25,482 bases of DNA from a virus (IMGVR_UViG_3300028610_000547:1-25482), one strand, 5' to 3'; positions 16,612-24,873 are shown, counted from the first letter of the stretch. The notes: generated from the letters alone by a model not told the origin. Numbers and translations: made by a program.

Positions 16612-18006
16612 ATGGTAGAAGATAATAAGGTTAGGGTATACGCGCCTATCCAGGTCCAGGAGGAAGTGGAATCAGCCGCTCTAGAGAAGGCGTCTGTCCT
16701 ATCTTTTCCCGAGGAAAAACAGGGAGATCTTCAGTATATTCGTTCTATTCTAGTTTCAGCAGGGACTAATAAGAACGGAGCCCATTTTCTCCCCTCCGAG
16801 ATGATGAGAGCCCATAATACCGTCGTCAATAAAGCCATTGACATTGAACATGCCGAAGATAAAGTAATTGGACACATTTATGAATGCGCCTTTCTGTTCA
16901 AGGATGGGGAGCAGTTTGACCCCACAAAGATTATGGCAGAGTTCGAGGAAACCGCTCGAGATCCAGACAGTTTGGATATAGATATCTTGGCCGCAGGTAT
17001 TATCCACAAGATGCGTTTCCCTGAATTAGCAGAAGAAATCTCAGGTGGGGATTGGAAGGTAAGCATGGAGTGTTACTTCAAGGATTTCGACATTAAGGTC
17101 GGAGAACAGATTATTACTAGAGATGAAGCCCAGTCGTTGGGCTACAATCCTGATGATCTTGTGGGCGGTTTTGTTAAAGTGATGGCGGGCCAGAAAGCCT
17201 TAGGTAAGCATTTTGTTTCTAGAGTTCTACGAAACATTACCTTCAGTGGGATGGGAATCGTAAAGAACCCTGCCAATCCTCACTCCATTATCATGGAGAC
17301 TGCGTCTCATCGAGAGCAAATGGAAAGGGGTGAGCAAGTTGTGGATCTAGAACAGATAGATAATTTACGAGGACATAAAGTTGAACTTTCTTCCAGCAAG
17401 GAAGAAATACCCCAGGAAGAAATTGCAGCCCAAGTTAAAGTGATATCCGAAGAGGGAGATATGGAAGTACAAGACCAGATCTATGTAGAGTTGGACAAGG
17501 AAACTGGTGGAATTAAAAGAGTCTTAACTGTTGGAGGCAAGGAGGATGCAGCTCTACGTTGGACAGGCCCCGGTATTGGTGGTCCTGGATCAATATCCTC
17601 CTTCCCAGACAGTGTTTGTAAGAGCTTCAAAAAGAGAGTTACTAAGTTTAATGCGCTTGACCAGTCAGAAGGTCAGGTCGTACATGAGCACTGGTGTGCT
17701 CTATTTGAAGAGGCTTGTCCCGTTATTGGTGCCACTTCAAAGGCACCTGAGTGTTTAAGGAATGCCAGGAATAGAACTACTCGGGATGAGGAAGACAATA
17801 CTCTTACCAAGACGGTGAGAGAACATGTTGATGATGCCCCGGGAAATACATTCGTAACTGTCCTGAACACCCCAGTCTTGTCCAAGGACGCAGCAAGCGT
17901 TCATTCTGAGAGACATGATCAGGTAACCAGGATCCGATCAGAAGCAGAGGAACTTAGAAATTCTCTTCGATCTTTTGTTGCGGCCGAAAAAAAAACTTCA
18001 GAATAA
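16612..18006 (+). CDS. prohead maturation protease (464 aa; about 570 aa if the -1 frameshift is used)
   Basis: NKNGAHF, DIEH...VIGHI (His), KVSMEC (Ser), FSGMGIVKNPA motifs of the HK97/assemblin-fold proteases; located between portal and scaffold. Confidence 0.8.
   Translation: MVEDNKVRVYAPIQVQEEVESAALEKASVLSFPEEKQGDLQYIRSILVSAGTNKNGAHFLPSEMMRAHNTVVNKAIDIEHAEDKVIGHIYECAFLFKDGEQFDPTKIMAEFEETARDPDSLDIDILAAGIIHKMRFPELAEEISGGDWKVSMECYFKDFDIKVGEQIITRDEAQSLGYNPDDLVGGFVKVMAGQKALGKHFVSRVLRNITFSGMGIVKNPANPHSIIMETASHREQMERGEQVVDLEQIDNLRGHKVELSSSKEEIPQEEIAAQVKVISEEGDMEVQDQIYVELDKETGGIKRVLTVGGKEDAALRWTGPGIGGPGSISSFPDSVCKSFKKRVTKFNALDQSEGQVVHEHWCALFEEACPVIGATSKAPECLRNARNRTTRDEEDNTLTKTVREHVDDAPGNTFVTVLNTPVLSKDAASVHSERHDQVTRIRSEAEELRNSLRSFVAAEKKTSE
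17986..17995 (+). other. candidate -1 frameshift or slippage site 2 (G followed by A9)
   Basis: GAA AAA AAA ACT three codons before the stop; -1 frame open through to 18323. Confidence 0.65.
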
Positions 18007-18323
18007 TTAGTGAGCCAATTGAGGCCTCCTCAGTCATAACTTCGAACAAGGTTATTAGATATAAGAAGAAGATGGATGCTTTTAAGACTGCACAGGCTTT
18101 AGAACCATCCTCACAACGAGAAAAGGTAGGAGGATTTGTACTTTTTGTGGGATCTGGTCCTGATGTAATTGAGGTAGGTTTAGATCGCGAGGTTGCGGTT
18201 GAGAAGGCTGTAGAAATTCTGAAGGAAAATGACACAGCTGTATTCTTATCCAAACTGCAATCCAAATTTGGAGAAGTTTACGTTACGAAAGATCAGCTGA
18301 TCCTTACAAGGAAATCAGACTAA
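17994..18323 (+). CDS. -1 frame extension of the protease (includes listed ORF 18072..18323)
   Basis: NFRIISEPIEASSVITSNKVIRYKKK precedes Met 18072 in frame; that ATG lacks the AGGAG-type RBS of its neighbours. Confidence 0.65.
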   Translation, partial: NFRIISEPIEASSVITSNKVIRYKKKMDAFKTAQALEPSSQREKVGGFVLFVGSGPDVIEVGLDREVAVEKAVEILKENDTAVFLSKLQSKFGEVYVTKDQLILTRKSD

Positions 18324-18335
18324 GGAGAATCTAAA

Positions 18336-18548
18336 ATGGCAAAGCCAGATATCCAAGCGACTTTCATCACTGCTTCTGGAACCTTATTTCGTCTCAAGGG
18401 AAAGCTAGGTCTGGACGACCTGGGCGCTGTTACCGGCCCCGATCTCGTAGAACGAAACTTTACTAGTGACGTAGCTGCAGGTAACGGGGGTGTGGAAGTT
18501 GGTGAGTTTTATCATCTCAATGGTGACCTACAGATTAAGTTTACTTAA
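18336..18548 (+). CDS. 70-aa putative virion protein, paralog A
   Basis: TAAGGAG RBS; MAKPDIQATFITASGTLFR; C-terminal GGVEVGEFYH motif. Confidence 0.8.
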   Translation: MAKPDIQATFITASGTLFRLKGKLGLDDLGAVTGPDLVERNFTSDVAAGNGGVEVGEFYHLNGDLQIKFT

Positions 18549-18549
18549 C

Positions 18550-18960
18550 ATGGTCTTGAGAATTTTAGTAGTTGAAGACATGAAAGTATCGTATGACTTT
18601 GTGATGAAAGAACTTGCAAAGATACTTTCAATGGAGAATTTTGAATTCATAAATGTGAAGACAATCCCTCCTGCTCTAGATGCTTTGGAGCAAGATTGGG
18701 ATGCAATTTTGATGGATTATTATTTAGGCATGCCAGGTGTGGAAAGAGGAGAGTCTTGTTTTGAACATGGGGCAGACCTTGTGGCTTATCGTCGAACACT
18801 TGAAAAAGCCGAACCAGAGAAAAAGAAAGCGCATATCATTGGATTCTCAGCGAGTGATCTTCGTAACAATGATATGATGAATGCGGGAGCTACTTGCTGC
18901 TTTCTGAAACATGATGAAATAGGCCTTGCCGGGGCTCTAGATGCCCTGGTAAAACGTTAG
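18550..18960 (+). CDS. stand-alone response regulator receiver (CheY-like) protein
   Basis: RILVVED acidic pocket, DAILMD phospho-acceptor Asp, IIGFSA Ser, AGA..FLK Lys; ATG 18550 follows the upstream stop. Confidence 0.88.
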   Translation: MVLRILVVEDMKVSYDFVMKELAKILSMENFEFINVKTIPPALDALEQDWDAILMDYYLGMPGVERGESCFEHGADLVAYRRTLEKAEPEKKKAHIIGFSASDLRNNDMMNAGATCCFLKHDEIGLAGALDALVKR

Positions 18961-19017
18961 TTATAAAGATCAGCTGATTTTTACAAGGAAAAATCAGAAT
19001 AAGGAGGAATGCTAATC

Positions 19018-19230
19018 ATGGCAAAGCCAGATATTCAGAGAACTTTCATCACCGCATCTGGAACCTTATTCCGTGATAAAGGTAAGTTGGGATTGGAAGA
19101 TAAGGGACCAATTACTGGTCTAGCGCTCACCGACCTAGATTTTTCTAACGATTCTAATGCCGCCAGTGGTGGTGTTGCCGTTGGAGAACTTTATCACAAT
19201 TCCGGTGATGTTAGAATTAGAATTGTATAA
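19018..19230 (+). CDS. 70-aa putative virion protein, paralog B
   Basis: TAAGGAGG RBS; MAKPDIQRTFITASGTLFR; GGVAVGELYH; start 19018 chosen by alignment to paralog A. Confidence 0.8.
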   Translation: MAKPDIQRTFITASGTLFRDKGKLGLEDKGPITGLALTDLDFSNDSNAASGGVAVGELYHNSGDVRIRIV

Positions 19231-19366
19231 TTAATGTGTTCACTACATTTAGTGAAGGAAACGGCTACGGAGTAGATGAGAGGAAGTGTGACGCAAAGAG
19301 CACACTCGTTTGAAATCGTCGGGGGACGACTATCAAACTAAAATCCTGATAAGGAGGAAAACCGAT

Positions 19367-20248
19367 ATGAGCGAATTCAACAAAGAAGAGTTCAATGCAG
19401 CTGTACAAGCTGAGGTCGAGAGACTTCTTTCCTCCAGAGAAGAGGCACAGGCTCGTGTAGAGGCTGAGTCCGCTCTCAAAGAGGCTAAGGAAACCTTCGA
19501 AACCCTACGCGCATCCCTAGAGGCAAAGGATGCTAAGCTTAAGGAATACGAAGATGCCCTTGCTAATCTCGACAGCTCTGAGGCAACTGATGCCGAGGTC
19601 GCCGCTAACGAGGCAATCGTGGAGCTAGAGAAAGAACTCGAAACATGGAAACAACGTGCTGAGGTGGCCCAAGCTGCCTTAGATACCCTCGCTCGCGAAG
19701 AGACCGCTGCTAGCCGAATGGCTGAGCTTGCTGAGTCCGGAGTATCTCTGGATGAGGAAGCCGCTGAGGCACAGTACTCAAAGGTCCGAGACATGTCGGA
19801 TGAGGACTTCGCGTCCTATAAGAGCGAGCTTGTTGCTCTAAAGAGCAAGTACGCCTCCGCTTCAGAAGAAGATGGAGATGAAGAGATCGAGGTTGCAGAA
19901 CTATCCGCTCAGGAAATCGCTGAGATTTCTAAGAGCCTTGGTTGTGACCCTGCCGACTCCAAATGTATTTCTCTCGTCAACGAGGTAGCACAAAAGGTAG
20001 CAGAAGTTAGCAATAACCGACGCACCGAAGCTACAAAGGAAGAGACCCCAGAGGATAACTCTGAGGAAGCTTCTAAGGAGACGACAGAAGAGCCAAAGAA
20101 GGAGACCGCTTCTCAGAAGATGTCTTTGGGAGAGGCTATTAGTCGATCTATGGATCAGGAAATTCGCCCCAGCGCGAGCCTGAAGGAAGAGATGACCCAA
20201 GCATGGGAGGATTACTACGCTGCCAAGCGCGGCGAAAACAAGTCCTAA
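19367..20248 (+). CDS. capsid scaffolding protein
   Basis: very acidic Glu/Ala coiled coil upstream of the decoration and capsid genes; TAAGGAGG RBS supports ATG 19367 over TTG 19310. Confidence 0.75.
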   Translation: MSEFNKEEFNAAVQAEVERLLSSREEAQARVEAESALKEAKETFETLRASLEAKDAKLKEYEDALANLDSSEATDAEVAANEAIVELEKELETWKQRAEVAQAALDTLAREETAASRMAELAESGVSLDEEAAEAQYSKVRDMSDEDFASYKSELVALKSKYASASEEDGDEEIEVAELSAQEIAEISKSLGCDPADSKCISLVNEVAQKVAEVSNNRRTEATKEETPEDNSEEASKETTEEPKKETASQKMSLGEAISRSMDQEIRPSASLKEEMTQAWEDYYAAKRGENKS

Positions 20249-20265
20249 TAAGGAGGTACTGACAC

Positions 20266-20748
20266 ATGGTGTTCATCCCACGTGATCCTGTTGTTCAGAA
20301 TCAGTTCCTGGTACATGATACGTCCCAGGGCAATGGTACTGAGACCGCAGGTTGTGTTGTTTGGTTGTCGGGTGACCAGCTAGTTGCATGTGTAAGTGGT
20401 TCAACGAGCGGCAATACTAATAAGCCGTATGGCTTCTTGATGCAAAACGTCAAGGCCGAGTCCTCCGCACACCCAACTGGGTTCCGACTTCCTGGTGATC
20501 TAGGAAGCTCCGACGCATTTACGGGAGACCCCGTAGCGGTTGCTCACCTTGGACTCTACGATACCACTTTCTATAACACTGCTACTACATTTGCTGCTGG
20601 TGACAACTTGACTGTTGCCGCCAACGGTGCAGTCACGCCGACAGGCGTAAATGAAGTTAATGCAACAGTTATTGCCGTTGCACAGAATACACTAAATGCA
20701 GCAGCTGTTGCTGCAGGTGATAAGCTTCGAATGAAGCTTCTCATATAA
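20266..20748 (+). CDS. capsid decoration/cement protein
   Basis: 160 aa, Gly/Ala/Thr/Val-rich, immediately before the MCP; FAAGDNLTVAANG pattern. Confidence 0.7.
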   Translation: MVFIPRDPVVQNQFLVHDTSQGNGTETAGCVVWLSGDQLVACVSGSTSGNTNKPYGFLMQNVKAESSAHPTGFRLPGDLGSSDAFTGDPVAVAHLGLYDTTFYNTATTFAAGDNLTVAANGAVTPTGVNEVNATVIAVAQNTLNAAAVAAGDKLRMKLLI

Positions 20749-20767
20749 CCCCTAAGGAGGAAAAGTC

Positions 20768-21835
20768 ATGGACAAGCAAAAGCTTGCTGAATTGTTTCAC
20801 GCAACTGCTGCATTCGACTCTCCTGAGGGCGTCGAAGCATATAAGGCCTTCGCACAGGCACTAACGGTGCCCATTCTCCAGGAAATTAGAGACGCATCTA
20901 TTATGCGGCAGCTCTTTGCTGTTGAGCGGCTCGCCCCTGGTGCTCAGGCCGTATATCCGGTTGCTGACGATTTCGAGGTCCCAGTATTCGTACTGCCCGG
21001 TCTCGGATATATCGCACAGAACTTCATCGAAGGCGTTGGTGAGGAAGTATATGTCCCTACCTTCTCCATTTCCGTATCTGCGGATTGGAAGGTAACTTAC
21101 GCCCGAGATTCGCGAATCGACATTCCCGAGAGGGCTGCTCGAAACGCTGCACGCGCAATTGCTGACTTCGAGGAAGAGTCGGGTTGGCGAGTAATCGTTC
21201 CTGGTGGAACGACCAACTTCGCTGGTCAGGGTCTAATCGGATCCCGTAACGCGCCTATTTTCCAGGTTCCTGCCGGTGCTACCGGTGAGAAGTTCCTTTC
21301 TAAGGAGCTAATCAACCTGATGATGGTCGGTATGAAGAGAGTTCGCCGATCCCTAACTGATCTCTATATTTCCCCTGAAGATGCCGCTGACGTACGTGAG
21401 TGGACTGACACTCAGGTTGACCCGGTCACTCGCCGAGAGATTTTCCAGGCTGCTGGTATGGGTCGAATTTGGAACATCAATCTACATGAAGTATTCCAGC
21501 TTGGTGCTACTGGTCGATTTAACATCAACCAGAACGGCGCTACTTTTGGTATCTTCCAGGTTGATGGCGGCGGAGATTTCAATGACTATACACCTACTAA
21601 CGTTAACACTGTTGACGCTAATGGTAACGTCACTACCGCTGGTGAGACTCAGGTATGGGGATTCGATCTTTCCGTTAACGACTCCCTCGTTATGCCTATT
21701 CGAAAGGAATATGAGGCACACGACGATCCAACATTACTCCGACAGCAGAAGCAAGGTTTCTTCGGCTGGGAGGAAGTTGGTTTCGCACTTCTCGATTCTC
21801 GAATGGTTCAACTGGGCGTTATCGACCGATCGTAA
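20768..21835 (+). CDS. major capsid protein (HK97-fold expected)
   Basis: 355 aa, perfect RBS, biased codon usage, C-terminal GFFGWEEVGFALLD strand, followed by terminators. Confidence 0.85.
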   Translation: MDKQKLAELFHATAAFDSPEGVEAYKAFAQALTVPILQEIRDASIMRQLFAVERLAPGAQAVYPVADDFEVPVFVLPGLGYIAQNFIEGVGEEVYVPTFSISVSADWKVTYARDSRIDIPERAARNAARAIADFEEESGWRVIVPGGTTNFAGQGLIGSRNAPIFQVPAGATGEKFLSKELINLMMVGMKRVRRSLTDLYISPEDAADVREWTDTQVDPVTRREIFQAAGMGRIWNINLHEVFQLGATGRFNINQNGATFGIFQVDGGGDFNDYTPTNVNTVDANGNVTTAGETQVWGFDLSVNDSLVMPIRKEYEAHDDPTLLRQQKQGFFGWEEVGFALLDSRMVQLGVIDRS

Positions 21836-21850
21836 TCTCATTACATCCCG

Positions 21851-21880
21851 AGGGAGGGGACGTAATGTCCTCTCCCTTTG
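21851..21880 (+). terminator. 11-bp hairpin after MCP
   Basis: AGGGAGGGGAC-GTAAT-GTCCTCTCCCT with a short T tail. Confidence 0.55.
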
Positions 21881-21905
21881 GGAACAAGTTTAAGGGGATC
21901 AAGTT

Positions 21906-21943
21906 GCCGGTATGGGTCTTGCTACCCCTTCCGGCTTTTTATT
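21906..21943 (+). terminator. intrinsic terminator
   Basis: GCCGG..GGGT-CTTGCT-ACCC..CCGGC followed by TTTTTATT. Confidence 0.7.
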
Positions 21944-22034
21944 ATGTCGGAACAATCAGCTGGGCTCCGGTTAGTCCGCGGCTAAACAAGGTCTCCCCGC
22001 CCTGTTTCCGGAGTCCAGCATCAAGGAGAAATAA

Positions 22035-22313
22035 ATGTCCCTCACAAATAATAGATATGAAGAAGGCACTCGTTATGCTCACATGACCACGGGCTCTGCT
22101 ATTAATCGAGATGGCGAAGCTAAGCTACATAGAGTAGTAGTTAATGACGTAACAGCCCAAACTCTTACCCTCTACGAGGGAGCTACAGCTGCAGGAGAGG
22201 TTATTGCTGTTATAGACTGTAATGTTGGTGGAACTTATGAGTATGGAGTAACTTTGACAGGTCTGACCGGGGATCTATCTGGTACAGCGGATGTGACAGT
22301 AATCTATCAGTAA
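22035..22313 (+). CDS. small beta-rich putative structural protein
   Basis: AAGGAG RBS; Thr/Gly/Val-rich. Confidence 0.7.
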   Translation: MSLTNNRYEEGTRYAHMTTGSAINRDGEAKLHRVVVNDVTAQTLTLYEGATAAGEVIAVIDCNVGGTYEYGVTLTGLTGDLSGTADVTVIYQ

Positions 22314-22322
22314 GGAGAAGTT

Positions 22323-22670
22323 ATGTTGTTTTATCTTTTGATTCAAGTATTGATGGCGGTCATCCTGACCGAGGGGTTGACAGAGTTAGTTATCAAGTCG
22401 GAAATTTTCAAGCCTGTGCGGAATGTGTTTTTTATGCTGGGCGATTGGTTTAGAAAGCTTTTCAGTTGCGGTTACTGTTTTTCCGTGTGGGCAGCCGCAA
22501 CCGTTGTGCTTTTGATCGATACATCTTACCCTTTGACTGGGAACCATTGGTTAGACCTAGGACTTATGGCCCTAGTGGTTCACCGCCTAGCCAACATACT
22601 TCATAATGTGATTGACAAGTATACGGACAAGTATTACGACCAACGGTATGCGAATACCATAAAGCAGTAA
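22323..22670 (+). CDS. membrane protein, DUF1360-like
   Basis: three hydrophobic segments with the LFSCGYCFSVW motif. Confidence 0.7.
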   Translation: MLFYLLIQVLMAVILTEGLTELVIKSEIFKPVRNVFFMLGDWFRKLFSCGYCFSVWAAATVVLLIDTSYPLTGNHWLDLGLMALVVHRLANILHNVIDKYTDKYYDQRYANTIKQ

Positions 22671-22680
22671 AGGAGTTATT

Positions 22681-23211
22681 ATGCGAGGATACGTAAAAAA
22701 CGAAGGAACCCAAGCTTACTTTATTTGCCAGCGTCAGATTACACCAGCAGGTAGGGTTATGCTTGATGATATTTACAAGAGTGTAGGCGAGAAGAGCGGT
22801 TTGGAAGAGGGTCCTGAGTTTATAGAGTGGATTAAGACCAACGTCTTTCGTCGCGGATCCTGGGGATATTATGAGGAAGAGGGAAAGCTTTTGGCTGCTC
22901 CCAATACTAAGAAAGCAGCATCTAAGAAGCGTACTAAGGCTCAGAATTCTGCTACTTCTTCCAAGAAAGAGAAGGATGCCCCCGGAGCAGGGCGTGCCCT
23001 GCGCCGAGACTCTGCAGAGACTTATGATGTAACGGGTAGAAATATTACTCCCTCAGCAATTATAGAGGCGCCGTATGATCAGGCGAGGGCCTTGATTGAA
23101 AAGACCAAGGACCGAGTAGTATTGAAGAAGGCTCTTAATCTTACCAAGCACTTTGCTAACAAAGAACAGCACATGAGGCATATAGTTAAGAGACTGGAGC
23201 AGGTATACTGA
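22681..23211 (+). CDS. hypothetical protein of the head-completion region
   Basis: AAGGAG RBS; Lys/Ala-rich linker. Confidence 0.7.
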   Translation: MRGYVKNEGTQAYFICQRQITPAGRVMLDDIYKSVGEKSGLEEGPEFIEWIKTNVFRRGSWGYYEEEGKLLAAPNTKKAASKKRTKAQNSATSSKKEKDAPGAGRALRRDSAETYDVTGRNITPSAIIEAPYDQARALIEKTKDRVVLKKALNLTKHFANKEQHMRHIVKRLEQVY

Positions 23212-23227
23212 GGAGGGGGCCTAATCG

Positions 23228-24193
23228 ATGACTTCCGTGCTCAAACCAGAAATAACATCGATCCTTAACGGTCTTCTTACAATAACAGTCAGGTCTGTTA
23301 CTGCGGTAGAGGCCGTGTTTGATCAACTCTTGATCTTTAAAGCGCCCTCGGCTAATGGTCCATTTACCACTCTAACCACTATTACGTTATCTGCTGCTGG
23401 GGGATATACCTTTCTAGATACCGCAACTTCTGCGGCAAAATACTACAAGGCCCAGTACTTCAATAGTACCAGTATGGTTAGTAGTGTCTTCTCTGAGTTG
23501 GGCCAAGAGACAGGTATCTTTTCTGAGTATACAGCTCCGACTACTACCGCATCTTATCCTCCAGAGATAGCTCTCTCTGAGCAAGACAGAGAGATTGTAG
23601 AGTCTATTAGAGTTACTCTCGGAGATTTTGGTATTATTGAGAGAGATTTTTATGATCCCACAGACTCTAATTCCCAATTTGCTTGTGCTTCTCAGGTTTC
23701 TTCTGATAAAAAGACTTGGGAGTTGTTAGAGTTCAAGGGTTGGCCTCAAAGGGTTGTCATTAACGGTGAAGAGAAAACTAGTATCACTGATCCCCAGGTG
23801 CTTGGCTACCGGTTTTTGACCTTTAGTGGTGTCCAAGCCTGTATCACAGGATCTCTAGATATATTTTACAATCATTTCCGTTTCTCCGACAGAGAAATTT
23901 TGCTGGCTTATGATAGGTCCGGGAACTTACTGGTATCCTGCGGCCTGGCCGCTGGCCAGATTACTACTGAGATGTTGATTATGCAGGCATCCATCCTTCT
24001 TTTAGAAGGAGAAGTTAGAGACTTTGCTACCGGTGCGGTAGAGATTAGGGATGGAGATACTTCTTTCAGCAATACTAGAGCCATCCAGGCCCGAACCGAA
24101 GATCTCTCAGATCTGAAGCAAAAGATTAAGGATCTAATTGAGTGCGCTCGCTTCAATGCGTCCTACGGTCTGGAGGGGGTTAGGTTAGACTAA
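23228..24193 (+). CDS. putative head-tail adaptor/neck protein with beta-sandwich N-terminus
   Basis: position after MCP; VRVTLGD-like IRVTLGD, FSDREI and EIRDGDTSFS motifs typical of adaptors; inference. Confidence 0.5.
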   Translation: MTSVLKPEITSILNGLLTITVRSVTAVEAVFDQLLIFKAPSANGPFTTLTTITLSAAGGYTFLDTATSAAKYYKAQYFNSTSMVSSVFSELGQETGIFSEYTAPTTTASYPPEIALSEQDREIVESIRVTLGDFGIIERDFYDPTDSNSQFACASQVSSDKKTWELLEFKGWPQRVVINGEEKTSITDPQVLGYRFLTFSGVQACITGSLDIFYNHFRFSDREILLAYDRSGNLLVSCGLAAGQITTEMLIMQASILLLEGEVRDFATGAVEIRDGDTSFSNTRAIQARTEDLSDLKQKIKDLIECARFNASYGLEGVRLD

Positions 24194-24873
24194 TGCCCAA
24201 GCAACTAATCCCTAACAGTGTGAAGAAGCAGTTCAAGAAGATTACCCAACGACTTGTGTTGGATTTGTCTCAACCTCTACGTATTCTTCAGGAGAGCCCC
24301 TTGTTTGTGGATTGTCCTAACTGTATATGGGATTCTATCAACAAGAAGTCTTCTAACGTATTTCAATCCTCCTTCACTGTACCCCTGACTATTTTCTCCA
24401 GCACAGATCAGGAAAGAGTGATTAGTCCAGTTTCATTTACCGAAGGCCGTTGCCCTGTTTGTATTGGAGAGGGGCAGCTATTCACAACGAAAGAAATATG
24501 TATCCCAGCTATGATCAACTTTATAGGTAGAGATGAACGAGGCGGACGTTTCTTAGATCTTCCAGCAGGAAAAGAGGGAGTCAACTTTCTTGTAGTAAAG
24601 ACTTTAGCCTGCAATTATGAATTGCTTTTAAATAATGAGGTTTTTATTGTTCACAATAATGTTAAGTGTGAGAAATTTACACCCCCGTTTGTTAGGGGTT
24701 TAGGAGGAGAAGAAGCAGTTACTGAAATGGTTCTTCAGACTACGGAAGTTGGACAAAGAACTTCCGCTAAATTTGGGGGCACCGATAAGCAGAGGAGAGA
24801 AGATAAGGTTAGACGTAGAATCAAGGGGCCGACTGAGGCTGATGTGCTAAGTGGTCGCTTACAAGGCAGATAA
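24193..24873 (+). CDS. putative head-closure/neck protein with zinc-finger insertion
   Basis: TAATG coupling; CPNC and CPVCIGEG motifs; positional call. Confidence 0.5.
   Translation: MPKQLIPNSVKKQFKKITQRLVLDLSQPLRILQESPLFVDCPNCIWDSINKKSSNVFQSSFTVPLTIFSSTDQERVISPVSFTEGRCPVCIGEGQLFTTKEICIPAMINFIGRDERGGRFLDLPAGKEGVNFLVVKTLACNYELLLNNEVFIVHNNVKCEKFTPPFVRGLGGEEAVTEMVLQTTEVGQRTSAKFGGTDKQRREDKVRRRIKGPTEADVLSGRLQGR

Larger units (their letters stand above)
18288..19230 (+). repeat. imperfect direct repeat of about 260 bp (copies ~18288-18548 and ~18965-19230)
   Basis: both start AAAGATCAGCTGAT..TTACAAGGAAA and continue TAAGGAG..ATGGCAAAGCCAGATAT. Confidence 0.9.

Noticed and set aside
19285-19340. 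GACGCAAAG resembles the core of c-di-GMP-I riboswitches, tempting next to a receiver-domain gene
   Set aside because: The upstream GNRA-capped stem and downstream tetraloop-receptor stem are not recognisable, and the motif sits in the loop of a different hairpin
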